A DNA stretch of 32,000 bases from Opitutales bacterium (lineage in GTDB: Bacteria; Verrucomicrobiota; Verrucomicrobiia; Opitutales; Coraliomargaritaceae): NCBI GenBank assembly GCA_049606355.1, contig JBMYVL010000009.1:60001-92000 (forward strand), read 5' to 3'. This document shows positions 12,019 to 20,527 of this stretch, in pieces. Numbering within the stretch: the stretch's first letter is position 1; each line of letters begins with the position of its first letter. A program made the translations under genes and the position numbers. The notes beneath the pieces are model-generated. The model made no database searches. It was not told the origin of the DNA and worked only from the letters and a program-made list of their open reading frames with translations.

Positions 12019-12987
12019 ATGAGTTTAGCCTCCAACCAAACGCCGCAACCCTCTGCGGACGTTGCCGCCCTCGCGTCGCGTATGGGCGCAATCGAGTATG
12101 AGACACGCTTACAGCTCGAGTTGGCATTGTTGGAACAGCAGGGCCGGGCGCAGGCTACCGGGATCTGGAGCTTGCACCGTCATTTCGACCTTTATGCGTG
12201 GATTCGCCGCGCTTTAAAGTGTTGCGGATTATGGGCCCGCGCGCGCCGCAATTATTTTGATCTTCAAGTCGTGCAAAATACCGTACGCCTGCCAGCGCTT
12301 CCTGAGGCTTTCGAAGGTTATACGCTCTTGCAGCTGTCGGATCTGCATGCCGACTTAGATCCCGATTTTCCGGAGGCGGTACGGCGTCGCATCGCAGATT
12401 TGGATTACGATGCTGTAGTCATTACCGGAGATTTTCGCACGTGTACCTTCGGGGACCCCCGTGCCGCGACACAGGCCGCTGCGGCGATCGTTGCGGACGT
12501 CGAGGCGCCGGTGTATGCGACACTCGGGAACCATGACTTTTTAAGTCTAGTGCCTGCGCTGGAGGCAGCGGGGATTCGTTTCCTACTCAACGAGTCGATT
12601 GAACTGCGGCGCGAGGGTGCGTCGATTTATTTGGTGGGTATCGACGATCCGAATTTCTATAAAAGTCACAATTTCAGCCATGCCCTACGGGCTGTGCCTG
12701 CTGCGGCCTGCAAGCTATTACTTTCTCACTCTCCGCAGACCTACCGGCGCGCGGCGGCTTTGGGTTTTGATTTGTTGTTGGCGGGGCATACCCATGGCGG
12801 CCAGCTCTGCTTGCCGAAGGGTTTTGTCCTCGTTCATGATAAGAGCGCACCTCGGCACTTACTGTCGGGTGTTTGGCGTGAAGGCTCCTTGCAGGGCTAT
12901 ACGAGTCGCGGCACCGGAGCGACGGGATTGACCGCTCGGCTGAATTGCCCGGCCGAAGTCACCCTGCACACTTTACGCCGCGCTTAA
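12019..12987 (+). CDS. Metallophosphoesterase (YaeI/calcineurin-like family)
   Basis: Ordered phosphoesterase motifs: LSDLHAD, VVITGDFR, LGNHDF and LAGHTHGGQL. The start is ambiguous. The ORF-track start at 11971 is GTG and would lie only 23 bp from the divergent ribBA start. The first ATG is at 12019. Confidence 0.8.
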   Translation: MSLASNQTPQPSADVAALASRMGAIEYETRLQLELALLEQQGRAQATGIWSLHRHFDLYAWIRRALKCCGLWARARRNYFDLQVVQNTVRLPALPEAFEGYTLLQLSDLHADLDPDFPEAVRRRIADLDYDAVVITGDFRTCTFGDPRAATQAAAAIVADVEAPVYATLGNHDFLSLVPALEAAGIRFLLNESIELRREGASIYLVGIDDPNFYKSHNFSHALRAVPAAACKLLLSHSPQTYRRAAALGFDLLLAGHTHGGQLCLPKGFVLVHDKSAPRHLLSGVWREGSLQGYTSRGTGATGLTARLNCPAEVTLHTLRRA

Positions 12988-13058
12988 GGTCTCGAGGGGG
13001 AGTGCCTGCGTTGCTTTCCGCTCGACCCGCCTCCTGCGGATGGTCTTGACTGCAATTT

Positions 13059-15617
13059 ATGTCCAACGCGTCCGCGGATCTTCCCATTCATGCTGTTACC
13101 GATTCAATCATTGATGGCTTGGCGACGCATGGGCGCGTTGTGCTGAGTGCCCCCACGGGTTCGGGTAAGTCAACGCAGGTGCCGCAACTTTTGATCGATG
13201 CAGCGGGAGTGCAGGGTGAGGTTGTGGTGCTGCAACCACGGCGCTTGGCGGCACGTCTGCTGGCCAAACGCGTGGCACAGGAACGCGGGTGTCAACTAGG
13301 TGGGGCCGTCGGCTATCAGATTCGCTTTGAGAAGGTCGTCGGCCCAGATACACGGATACGCTTCGTGACTGAGGCGATATTGCTGCGGCAGTTATTAAGT
13401 GACCCCATGTTGTCGGGTGTGGGCGCGTTGGTTTTTGATGAGTTCCATGAACGTCACTTGACCAGCGATATCAGCTTATCCTGCGCCTTGCAATCGGTGC
13501 AAACACGTCGGCCTGATTTGAAAATCGTCGTGATGTCGGCCACGCTTGATAGTGAGACCTTGGCGCGCTACCTAGAACCCTGCGCACGCGTAGCGGCCTC
13601 GGGGCGAATGTATCCGGTGGCGACACGCTACATGGGTGCAGCTTTGAATCGCGATGCGGCACCGGTCTGGCAGCGCGCTGCATTCGCATTTCGCACCGCG
13701 GTGCGCGATGGAGCCAGTGGTGATATGCTGATTTTTATGCCCGGTGCCTATGAGATACGCAAGACCATCGAGGCGATCGAGTTGCTCCCGGACGCACGTG
13801 GCTACCAGGTGTTGCCTCTGCACGGCGAGCTATCTGCAGAGGCACAGGATCGGGCAGTCCTTCCCGGCGCACGCGCAAAGGTGATCGTGGCCACCAATGT
13901 CGCCGAAACATCCATCACCATTGAGGGCATACGAGTCGTGATTGATGGTGGTTTGGCGCGCATCGCGCGCTATGATGCACGTCGGGGCATTAACTCCATT
14001 CTGGTTGAGCCGATCAGTCGGGCCTCCGCAGAACAACGCAGTGGGCGAGCCGGGCGTACAGGGCCGGGCCTCTGCCTCCGCCTGTGGAGTGAGGCCGAGC
14101 ATGCGGCGCGCGCTGAACGCGATGAGGCCGAAGTAAAACGCGTCGATTTATCTGAAACTTTATTACTGCTGGCTGCTGCGGGGGTGGTGGAGTCTGAGGG
14201 TATCGCATGGTTTGAAGCGCCTGAACCGAAGGCATTGGCGCGTGCGCATGAACTCCTGCGGGATCTTGGAGCGGTCGATGCTGCCGGCGTGATCACCCCA
14301 ATGGGCCGTCAAATGTCGCGTTTCCCGCTGCATCCGCGCTTTGCCCGTATGTTAATTGAAGCCCAGCGGCGTGGTGTGCTGGATGCGGTGGTGCGGATCG
14401 CAGCGATCAGCCAAGGGCGACCCTTTTACCGCGCTGCTCGTGAGAGTGCTATCCGCAAGGCACAGTTGCGCGAGATTGAAGACGCCGCCGATTCGCACTC
14501 GGATTTTTTTGTACACTTACAGGCTTGGGACTATGCCCTAGCTGCTCGCTTGGATCGACAGGCCTGTGCGGCGCTGGGGATTCATGCGGGCGGTGTACGG
14601 CAAGCGACGGAGGTCGCCCGACAGCTGTTAAAATTAACCCAATCGCAGGCACTTGATCCGTCTGCTGCGGGTCTGAAAGGCAATCAGAATGACGAGATCT
14701 GTAAATGTATTCTAGTGGCGTTCGCAGATCATTTGAGTGTTCGCAAAGATCGCGGCACACGTCGTTGTGAGATGATCCATGCGCGTACGGGGCAGTTGCG
14801 CCGGGAAAGTATTGTCGATGGTCCGTTACTGGTCGCGGCCGAGATTGAAGAGCGCGAGTTACGTGGTGAGCTCACGACCTGGTTAGGCCTAGCCACTGCC
14901 GTAGAGCTGAGCTGGTTAGAGGAACTGTATCCGGATGCATTTGAGTTCGGGGTGCAGACCTATTACGACTCCAAGCAGAAACGTGTGGTCTGTCGGCAGG
15001 AACGGCGCTTTCGTTCACTGGTGTTAGAGGCATCGGATCATGCTGAGCCAAACCTGGACCAAGCTGCCGTACTGTTGGCCGAGCAGGTTACATCCGGCAA
15101 CCTCGAACTACGGAATTGGGATCGTGTCGTCGAAAAATGGATACAACGGGTTAATTTTGTGGCCTTGCATTGCCCGGAAACCGAAATTGCGCCCATCGAT
15201 GCGGAAGCACGCCATTTATTGATTGAGCAAATCTGCCATGGGGCACTTGGGTATCGGGATTTACGCGATCGGCAGGTATTTGCTACTGTCAAGCAGTGGA
15301 TTCGCCCCGAGCAGCACTACTACCTAGATACCTATGCACCCGCGGAATTTAATTTGCCACGCCGTCAACGTCCGGTGCCGATTCGCTACGAAGCCGATGG
15401 TCGCGCCTTTATCGCTTCAAAGCTTCAGGATTTTTATGATGTTTCTGGCAGCAGTTTGGTCCTGGCGCAGGGGCGCGTGCCACTGCTGGTGGAATTGTTG
15501 GCACCCAACGGACGTCCCGCGCATCTGACCGATGACTTGGATGGATTTTGGGCAGGTGCGTATCAACATGTACGCAAAGAGCTGGCAGGTCGCTACCCGA
15601 AACACGAGTGGCGTTAG
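13059..15617 (+). CDS. hrpB: ATP-dependent DEAH-box RNA helicase HrpB
   Basis: 852 aa. Motifs: Walker A APTGSGKSTQ, DEFHERH, SAT, TNVAETSITIEG and QRSGRAGR, followed by the long HA2/OB and HrpB-specific C-terminal region. Confidence 0.9.
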   Translation: MSNASADLPIHAVTDSIIDGLATHGRVVLSAPTGSGKSTQVPQLLIDAAGVQGEVVVLQPRRLAARLLAKRVAQERGCQLGGAVGYQIRFEKVVGPDTRIRFVTEAILLRQLLSDPMLSGVGALVFDEFHERHLTSDISLSCALQSVQTRRPDLKIVVMSATLDSETLARYLEPCARVAASGRMYPVATRYMGAALNRDAAPVWQRAAFAFRTAVRDGASGDMLIFMPGAYEIRKTIEAIELLPDARGYQVLPLHGELSAEAQDRAVLPGARAKVIVATNVAETSITIEGIRVVIDGGLARIARYDARRGINSILVEPISRASAEQRSGRAGRTGPGLCLRLWSEAEHAARAERDEAEVKRVDLSETLLLLAAAGVVESEGIAWFEAPEPKALARAHELLRDLGAVDAAGVITPMGRQMSRFPLHPRFARMLIEAQRRGVLDAVVRIAAISQGRPFYRAARESAIRKAQLREIEDAADSHSDFFVHLQAWDYALAARLDRQACAALGIHAGGVRQATEVARQLLKLTQSQALDPSAAGLKGNQNDEICKCILVAFADHLSVRKDRGTRRCEMIHARTGQLRRESIVDGPLLVAAEIEERELRGELTTWLGLATAVELSWLEELYPDAFEFGVQTYYDSKQKRVVCRQERRFRSLVLEASDHAEPNLDQAAVLLAEQVTSGNLELRNWDRVVEKWIQRVNFVALHCPETEIAPIDAEARHLLIEQICHGALGYRDLRDRQVFATVKQWIRPEQHYYLDTYAPAEFNLPRRQRPVPIRYEADGRAFIASKLQDFYDVSGSSLVLAQGRVPLLVELLAPNGRPAHLTDDLDGFWAGAYQHVRKELAGRYPKHEWR

Positions 15618-16312
15618 CGCTGCTCCATGAGCCAGTTGATATAGCTCAAATCTGCTGCGGTGGTAATTTTGGGGTTGGGCTGAGGATTTGCCACAATGCT
15701 GCAGTTTAAGCCAATGCAGGCCGCTGCGGCCGCATCGTCCGTCACTTGTAATTGCTGCGCCGCCACTGCCTCATAGGCCTCTAAGATTTTGTTATATGCA
15801 AAGGCTTGCGGCGTTTCCATTGCCCACAAGCGGGCGCGATCTAAATCCTCCAGTTCACACGGTGCCATGCGATGAGTGGCTGCCACGCGTTTGATTGTAT
15901 CCTTAACCGGATGCGCGAGTACCGCTGCGGAATGTTCTTTTACGGACTCATAGAGCGCTCGTATGGACTCAACGGATACAAGGGGTCGCGCGCAGTCGTG
16001 AATGAAGATATAGTTACAATCAGCTGATTGGGCGAGCAGTCCATTGTAGACAGACTCTTGCCGCTCTGCGCCACCGAGAGTCCATGTGTAGTTAAACTGA
16101 ATGGAGGCAAGGGCATCCTGCAGCTGGTGACGCTGTGCCTCATCTCTATAGACGAGGGTCAATTGATCGCAGATACCACTTTCGATAAAGGCGCGTACTG
16201 AATGGCAGATCGCTGGCTCGCCGGCCAATGGCGCGAGGACCTTATCTGCGACGCTACCCAGCATCCGCGAGCCACTACCTGCGGCTAAAAGTAGGGCGGA
16301 GTTGGTGGCCAT
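15614..16312 (-). CDS. ispD: 2-C-methyl-D-erythritol 4-phosphate cytidylyltransferase
   Basis: 232 aa. It has the N-terminal LLAAGSGSRM nucleotide-binding motif, an IHDCARP motif and the length typical of IspD. It is monofunctional, with no IspF fusion. Confidence 0.88.
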   Translation of the reverse strand: MATNSALLLAAGSGSRMLGSVADKVLAPLAGEPAICHSVRAFIESGICDQLTLVYRDEAQRHQLQDALASIQFNYTWTLGGAERQESVYNGLLAQSADCNYIFIHDCARPLVSVESIRALYESVKEHSAAVLAHPVKDTIKRVAATHRMAPCELEDLDRARLWAMETPQAFAYNKILEAYEAVAAQQLQVTDDAAAAACIGLNCSIVANPQPNPKITTAADLSYINWLMEQR

Positions 16313-16332
16313 GCTTAGGTGGTGGTGGGGGA

Positions 16333-17055
16333 TTAAGCGGAAGGGAGTCGCGCCTGGCTGAGCTCAGCACGGATGGAAGCTGTAGCTGCAGCTGGATCCT
16401 CGGCCTGTAGAATGGGTCGCCCAACGACGATATAGCTCGATCCCGCAGCCGCGGCGGCCTGTGGCGTCATGATTCGCTTTTGCTCATTGCTGTCACTGCC
16501 GGCTGGGCGAATGCCGGGAGTGACGATCTGCGGCGCGGCGCCCAATGCAGCGCGTAGCGGCGTTAATTCTAAGGGAGAGCATACCAAGCCTTGTGCGCCC
16601 GCTTCGAGACTTTGCTTGGCGAGGTGCAGGACCTGTTCTTCAGCGCTTGCCTGTACGTTGAGCGCACGCAATTGCGCGCTGCTCATCGACGTCAATACTG
16701 TGACTGCGAGTAGGTTGAGGTGCGGAGCATGGCTCTCGCGTGCCCGATTCGCCCATTCAATCATTTCGGCGCCGCCGGATGCATGCAGGGTCAGTAATTC
16801 GACCGGCAATTGAGCGATGCTCTGTACCGCTTTCGCCACGGTATTGGGGATGTCGTGTAATTTTAGATCAAGGAAGATCCGATAGTTGCGCTCCGCCACC
16901 TCACGTACGAAATCCGGACCGTACGCGGTGAACAGTTGCAGGCCGATCTTTACCCACTCCAGCGAGTCGCCGAGTCGGTCGAGCATTGCCAGTGCGTCGC
17001 TGCGTGTTTCGAGATCAAGGGCGAGGATCAGCCCGCAGTCGTTGGATTCTGTCAT
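16333..17055 (-). CDS. pyrF: Orotidine 5'-phosphate decarboxylase
   Basis: LILALDL, FLDLKLHDIPNT (catalytic DxKxxD) and VVGRPI near the C-terminus. Both 17076 and 17055 are ATG. I chose 17055 (MTESNDCGLILALDL) because it fits the family N-terminus. Confidence 0.9.
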   Translation of the reverse strand: MTESNDCGLILALDLETRSDALAMLDRLGDSLEWVKIGLQLFTAYGPDFVREVAERNYRIFLDLKLHDIPNTVAKAVQSIAQLPVELLTLHASGGAEMIEWANRARESHAPHLNLLAVTVLTSMSSAQLRALNVQASAEEQVLHLAKQSLEAGAQGLVCSPLELTPLRAALGAAPQIVTPGIRPAGSDSNEQKRIMTPQAAAAAGSSYIVVGRPILQAEDPAAATASIRAELSQARLPSA

Positions 17056-17147
17056 GAGGCGACAGTGTGGCGACATGCTGGAGGAGGCAAAGCGTAATTT
17101 TTACATTTTTGCTGGCACTGCCACCGCAAGCGTTCATTTACTGGTGT

Positions 17148-18068
17148 GTGAGTCCCTGCAGCGATACAACACCCCCTGAACTCCGCCTATTTTCTCCGGC
17201 GAAGGTGAATTTGATGCTATCGGTGCACGGCCGCCGGAACGACGGCTTCCATGCTTTGACCTCATTGGTCGCGCCATTGGAGTTTGGAGATTATTTAACC
17301 ATACGAGAGGCAGCGTCACACGATCAGTTGCTCTGTTCGGATCCGAGGGTGCCAATTGGAGATAAGAATTTGATTCTGCAGGCGGCAACTGTCTTCCGGA
17401 GCGCTTGTGGTAGGGCGCCTTATTTTCTGTTTGAGCTAGAGAAGCACATTCCCATGCAGGCGGGCTTGGGCGGTGGGAGTAGCAATGCAGCGGTGGCCTT
17501 GCGTGGCATGAATCAATGGATGGGGCATCCATTAAGTCACGCTGAACTACTTGAACTCGCGGCTCAGATTGGCTCGGATTGTCCGTTTTTTATAGATGCG
17601 AAACCTGCGGTGATTCGTGGACGCGGTGAAATTGTTGAGCCGCTGTCGCCCGAGCTTAGCGTGCATATCGCGCAAGCAAAATTGCTCCTGTTTCGGCCTG
17701 AACTCGGTGTGGATACGGCATGGGCCTATCAGCAACTGGCGGGCTTGGCTCCTTCTGGCTATGAAAGTGAAGCTGTGGCACAGCAACGTCTTCAACAATT
17801 CGACCAAGATGGGGATTGGTCCGCGCTGATGGCCAATTCGCTGGAGCTTCCCGTCGGTACCAAGTATTTAGCGATTCCTTGCTTGCTCCAGCGGTTACGT
17901 GACGCCGGTGTTGATTGTATGTTGAGCGGCAGTGGTAGTTGTTGTGTCGCGCGTGTCGCAAGTGAAGCACAAGTTGAAAAAGTTTTTAAAATCATTCGCG
18001 ACGCTTGGGGCGATGCGGTATTTGTAGTTGAAACCTCTGTTGCGCAAATAGAGAGTAAGGCGCGATGA
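17148..18068 (+). CDS. ispE: 4-diphosphocytidyl-2-C-methyl-D-erythritol kinase
   Basis: PAKVNLMLSVHGRRNDGFHAL and the GHMP-kinase motif PMQAGLGGGSSNAA. The start is uncertain. The ORF-track start at 17067 is GTG and would overlap the divergent pyrF. In-frame alternatives are TTG at 17109 and GTG at 17148. The GTG at 17148 gives 306 aa, the usual size. Confidence 0.85.
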   Translation: MSPCSDTTPPELRLFSPAKVNLMLSVHGRRNDGFHALTSLVAPLEFGDYLTIREAASHDQLLCSDPRVPIGDKNLILQAATVFRSACGRAPYFLFELEKHIPMQAGLGGGSSNAAVALRGMNQWMGHPLSHAELLELAAQIGSDCPFFIDAKPAVIRGRGEIVEPLSPELSVHIAQAKLLLFRPELGVDTAWAYQQLAGLAPSGYESEAVAQQRLQQFDQDGDWSALMANSLELPVGTKYLAIPCLLQRLRDAGVDCMLSGSGSCCVARVASEAQVEKVFKIIRDAWGDAVFVVETSVAQIESKAR

Positions 18069-18118
18069 GTCGTCATTCGGTTCATCATTAAGCTAATTTT
18101 TAGACGCATTCTGTACCT

Positions 18119-19879
18119 GTGACCGATTCGGCCAAAGAAGAACTAGTACTCCAGGGCATCGCGGCTTCACCTGGAGTTGTGCATGGTCAGGCGTTCGTGT
18201 ACCTACAAAATGAGCTCGATGTTCCGTGCTATACGGTTGCCTCGACTGATTTGGATAGCGAGGTGGAGCGCTTTGAGCAGGCAATACTTGCAACGCGCGG
18301 GCAAATCACAGAGGTGCGTAACAAGATTGCCGAGTCTCTGGGGGAGGGGGAGGCCCGTATTTTTGACGCGCATTTAATGGTGCTGGAAGACAGTGCCCTC
18401 ATCGACGAAGTGGTGGCTGAAGTACGGAGTTCGCAGCAAAACGTCGAGCACTGCTACAACAATGTTGCGCAGCGTTACATATCTTTTTTCAGCTCCATGG
18501 ATGATGATTATCTGAAGGAGCGAGTGACCGACATTCAAGATGTCTCGCGACGTCTTTTGCATAATTTAGTCGGCGTCAAAAAGCTCGATCTCGGGCACCT
18601 GGAGCATCCCAGTATTATTGTCTCTCAGGATCTGACGCCTTCGGATACTGCAGATATTGATCGTCATAAATTGCAGGCGTTCATCACCGACCAAGGGGGC
18701 AAGACCAGCCATTCCGTGATCATGGCGCGTTCACTGCGCATACCTGCTGTCGTTGGTATGCATGATGTTTCGCAGCGAATTCGTACCGGTGATCAGGTGT
18801 TGGTTGACGGTTATGACGGCGTAGTGGTTATCAATCCCAGTGAGGATCGACTCTTTCAGTATGGTCAATTGGCCAGTGAGCGACTCAAGCTGGATAAGAT
18901 CTTCAAATCGGTGCTGCGTGAACCCAGTGAAAGTTTGGATGGTCAGCCTATCGGGTTGATGGCAAATATTGAAGGTGCGCAGGAGATGGAAGTCGCGCAA
19001 GAGATGGGCGCCGATGGCGTCGGCCTGTTTCGTACTGAAGGTGTTTTTCTGCGACACCGTGGCTATCCCAGTGAGGATGCGCAGTACGAAGAGTATGCGG
19101 CCGTCGTTCAGGCGGCGGGCAACAGCCCCGTGATCATTCGCACCTTGGACATTGGCGGCGACAAGACGATCGGCAATCCGGAGCAAGAGGAGGACAGTTC
19201 GTTTATGGGCTTCCGTGCGATTCGTTTCTGTTTGGAAAACCCCACCATCTTTAAGACGCAATTACGCGCGATTCTGCGCGCGAGTGCGAGCGGCACGGTT
19301 AAGCTAATGTATCCAATGATCAGCGGTTTGCACGAACTCCGCCGCGCCAATGAATTTCTTGACGAGGTAAAAGCTGAGTTGCGCGCTGAGGGCAGTGCGT
19401 TTGATGAAGGGATCGAAGTAGGCGCCATGATTGAAATTCCCAGCGCTGCGATGATCATTGATTTACTCGCCCCCGAAGTCGACTTCTTCAGCATTGGAAC
19501 CAACGATTTGATTCAGTACCTGATGGCGGTGGATCGCTTGAACGATCAGGTGGCACACTTATATGAACCCGCGCATCCTGCGGTATTGCGTACACTGAAA
19601 GCGATTATCAACAGCTGCAATGCAGTGAATGTCCCGGTCGGTGTTTGTGGTGAGATCGCTGGCGACCCAATTTACGCCAGTCTTTTGCTTGGCATGGGTG
19701 CCAATTCCCTGAGCTTGACTGCAAGTTTACTGCCTGAGGTGAAGTACTTTATTCGCAAAATGCACACCGAACAAGCGCAGGCACTCGTGGAGGAAGTGTT
19801 GCAAATCAATGATCCGATCGAAGTCGTCGGACGTTTGGAGGATTTTCGCAAAGAGACGATCGGCGCTTTAATGGTTTAA
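18119..19879 (+). CDS. ptsI: Phosphoenolpyruvate-protein phosphotransferase (PTS Enzyme I)
   Basis: 586 aa with a GTG start. It has the phosphohistidine motif GGKTSHSVIMARSLRIPAVVG, the PEP-utiliser TIM barrel (FFSIGTNDLIQY) and the catalytic Cys motif VCGEIAGDP. There is no N-terminal GAF domain, so it is not PtsP-type. Confidence 0.93.
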   Translation: MTDSAKEELVLQGIAASPGVVHGQAFVYLQNELDVPCYTVASTDLDSEVERFEQAILATRGQITEVRNKIAESLGEGEARIFDAHLMVLEDSALIDEVVAEVRSSQQNVEHCYNNVAQRYISFFSSMDDDYLKERVTDIQDVSRRLLHNLVGVKKLDLGHLEHPSIIVSQDLTPSDTADIDRHKLQAFITDQGGKTSHSVIMARSLRIPAVVGMHDVSQRIRTGDQVLVDGYDGVVVINPSEDRLFQYGQLASERLKLDKIFKSVLREPSESLDGQPIGLMANIEGAQEMEVAQEMGADGVGLFRTEGVFLRHRGYPSEDAQYEEYAAVVQAAGNSPVIIRTLDIGGDKTIGNPEQEEDSSFMGFRAIRFCLENPTIFKTQLRAILRASASGTVKLMYPMISGLHELRRANEFLDEVKAELRAEGSAFDEGIEVGAMIEIPSAAMIIDLLAPEVDFFSIGTNDLIQYLMAVDRLNDQVAHLYEPAHPAVLRTLKAIINSCNAVNVPVGVCGEIAGDPIYASLLLGMGANSLSLTASLLPEVKYFIRKMHTEQAQALVEEVLQINDPIEVVGRLEDFRKETIGALMV

Positions 19880-19927
19880 CCGGATTGCCGTAGCTTTGCT
19901 GCGACACGCTTACGGAATACTTTATCG

Positions 19928-20326
19928 ATGACTACCCCCCATATCAGTGGCGTCCGCTATGATGCCGAATTGCCGACCGTGAACCGTGCGCACTTGGACG
20001 GCATTTTAGGCCCTGAGAGTGCGCAGCAGTCGCAACAGTTAGTGCAGCATATTTATGAACTGTTTTTGTCTGAGAGTCGCGAGAAACTGGATGGCTTGAA
20101 CGCGGCTTGCCAAGCTGATGATTTGGCAACGCTGCGCGCCATTGTCCATTTCCTTGCAGGCGGTTCGGGTAGTTTGGGAATGGTGCGCCTGTCGACCTAT
20201 TTGCAGGCGATCGAGCGAGCGATTGCTGCGGAGCAGTTGACTGACCTGAGTAACTGCAGTGCATCGATTTTATTCGAGTTTGAGCGCAGCTGTGCTGAAT
20301 TCAAACGTATCTACACCTTGTCATAA
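19928..20326 (+). CDS. Hpt (histidine phosphotransfer) domain protein
   Basis: 132 aa, helical. The signature LRAIVHFLAGGSGSLGMVRL matches the Hpt consensus HxLKGSSxxxG around His74. It is not an HPr, because there is no GLHARPA-type His15 motif. Confidence 0.7.
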   Translation: MTTPHISGVRYDAELPTVNRAHLDGILGPESAQQSQQLVQHIYELFLSESREKLDGLNAACQADDLATLRAIVHFLAGGSGSLGMVRLSTYLQAIERAIAAEQLTDLSNCSASILFEFERSCAEFKRIYTLS

Positions 20327-20368
20327 GGTCAGGGCACCAGCCCAGCCGCTGCCAATTCCGGGCTTGAG

Positions 20369-20524
20369 CTAGGCGTCTGTTTTCTCGTCGGGTGTTGCCT
20401 GTTCGAAGCCGTGTATGTGCTCGGTTTCGTGCGGTGTTGATAACACTTTATAAATGCACCAGATGAAGAGGAGGCTGACGCTACCAACCGAGAGTGCGAG
20501 GATGATCCAACCGCTGCTTGTCAT
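20369..20524 (-). CDS. Small single-TM protein (51 aa), candidate MetS-like small subunit of the adjacent NSS transporter
   Basis: It is absent from the supplied track because it is under 60 aa. I translated it by hand: MTSSGWIILALSVGSVSLLFIWCIYKVLSTPHETEHIHGFEQATPDEKTDA, ending in TAG. Its ATG follows the transporter's TAA after 3 nt (TAATTCATG). It has one hydrophobic helix and an acidic tail. Confidence 0.55.
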   Translation of the reverse strand: MTSSGWIILALSVGSVSLLFIWCIYKVLSTPHETEHIHGFEQATPDEKTDA

Positions 20525-20527
20525 GAA

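Noticed and set aside
17067-17147. Upstream GTG start for ispE, giving 333 aa
   Set aside because: It would overlap the divergent pyrF start region and add a 27-aa hydrophobic extension not seen in IspE. It remains an alternative, but I did not adopt it.
18731-19261. 176-aa minus-strand ORF (and 19108..19503) inside ptsI
   Set aside because: It lies entirely antisense to a strongly supported Enzyme I frame, has no recognisable motifs, and is a typical spurious long antisense ORF.
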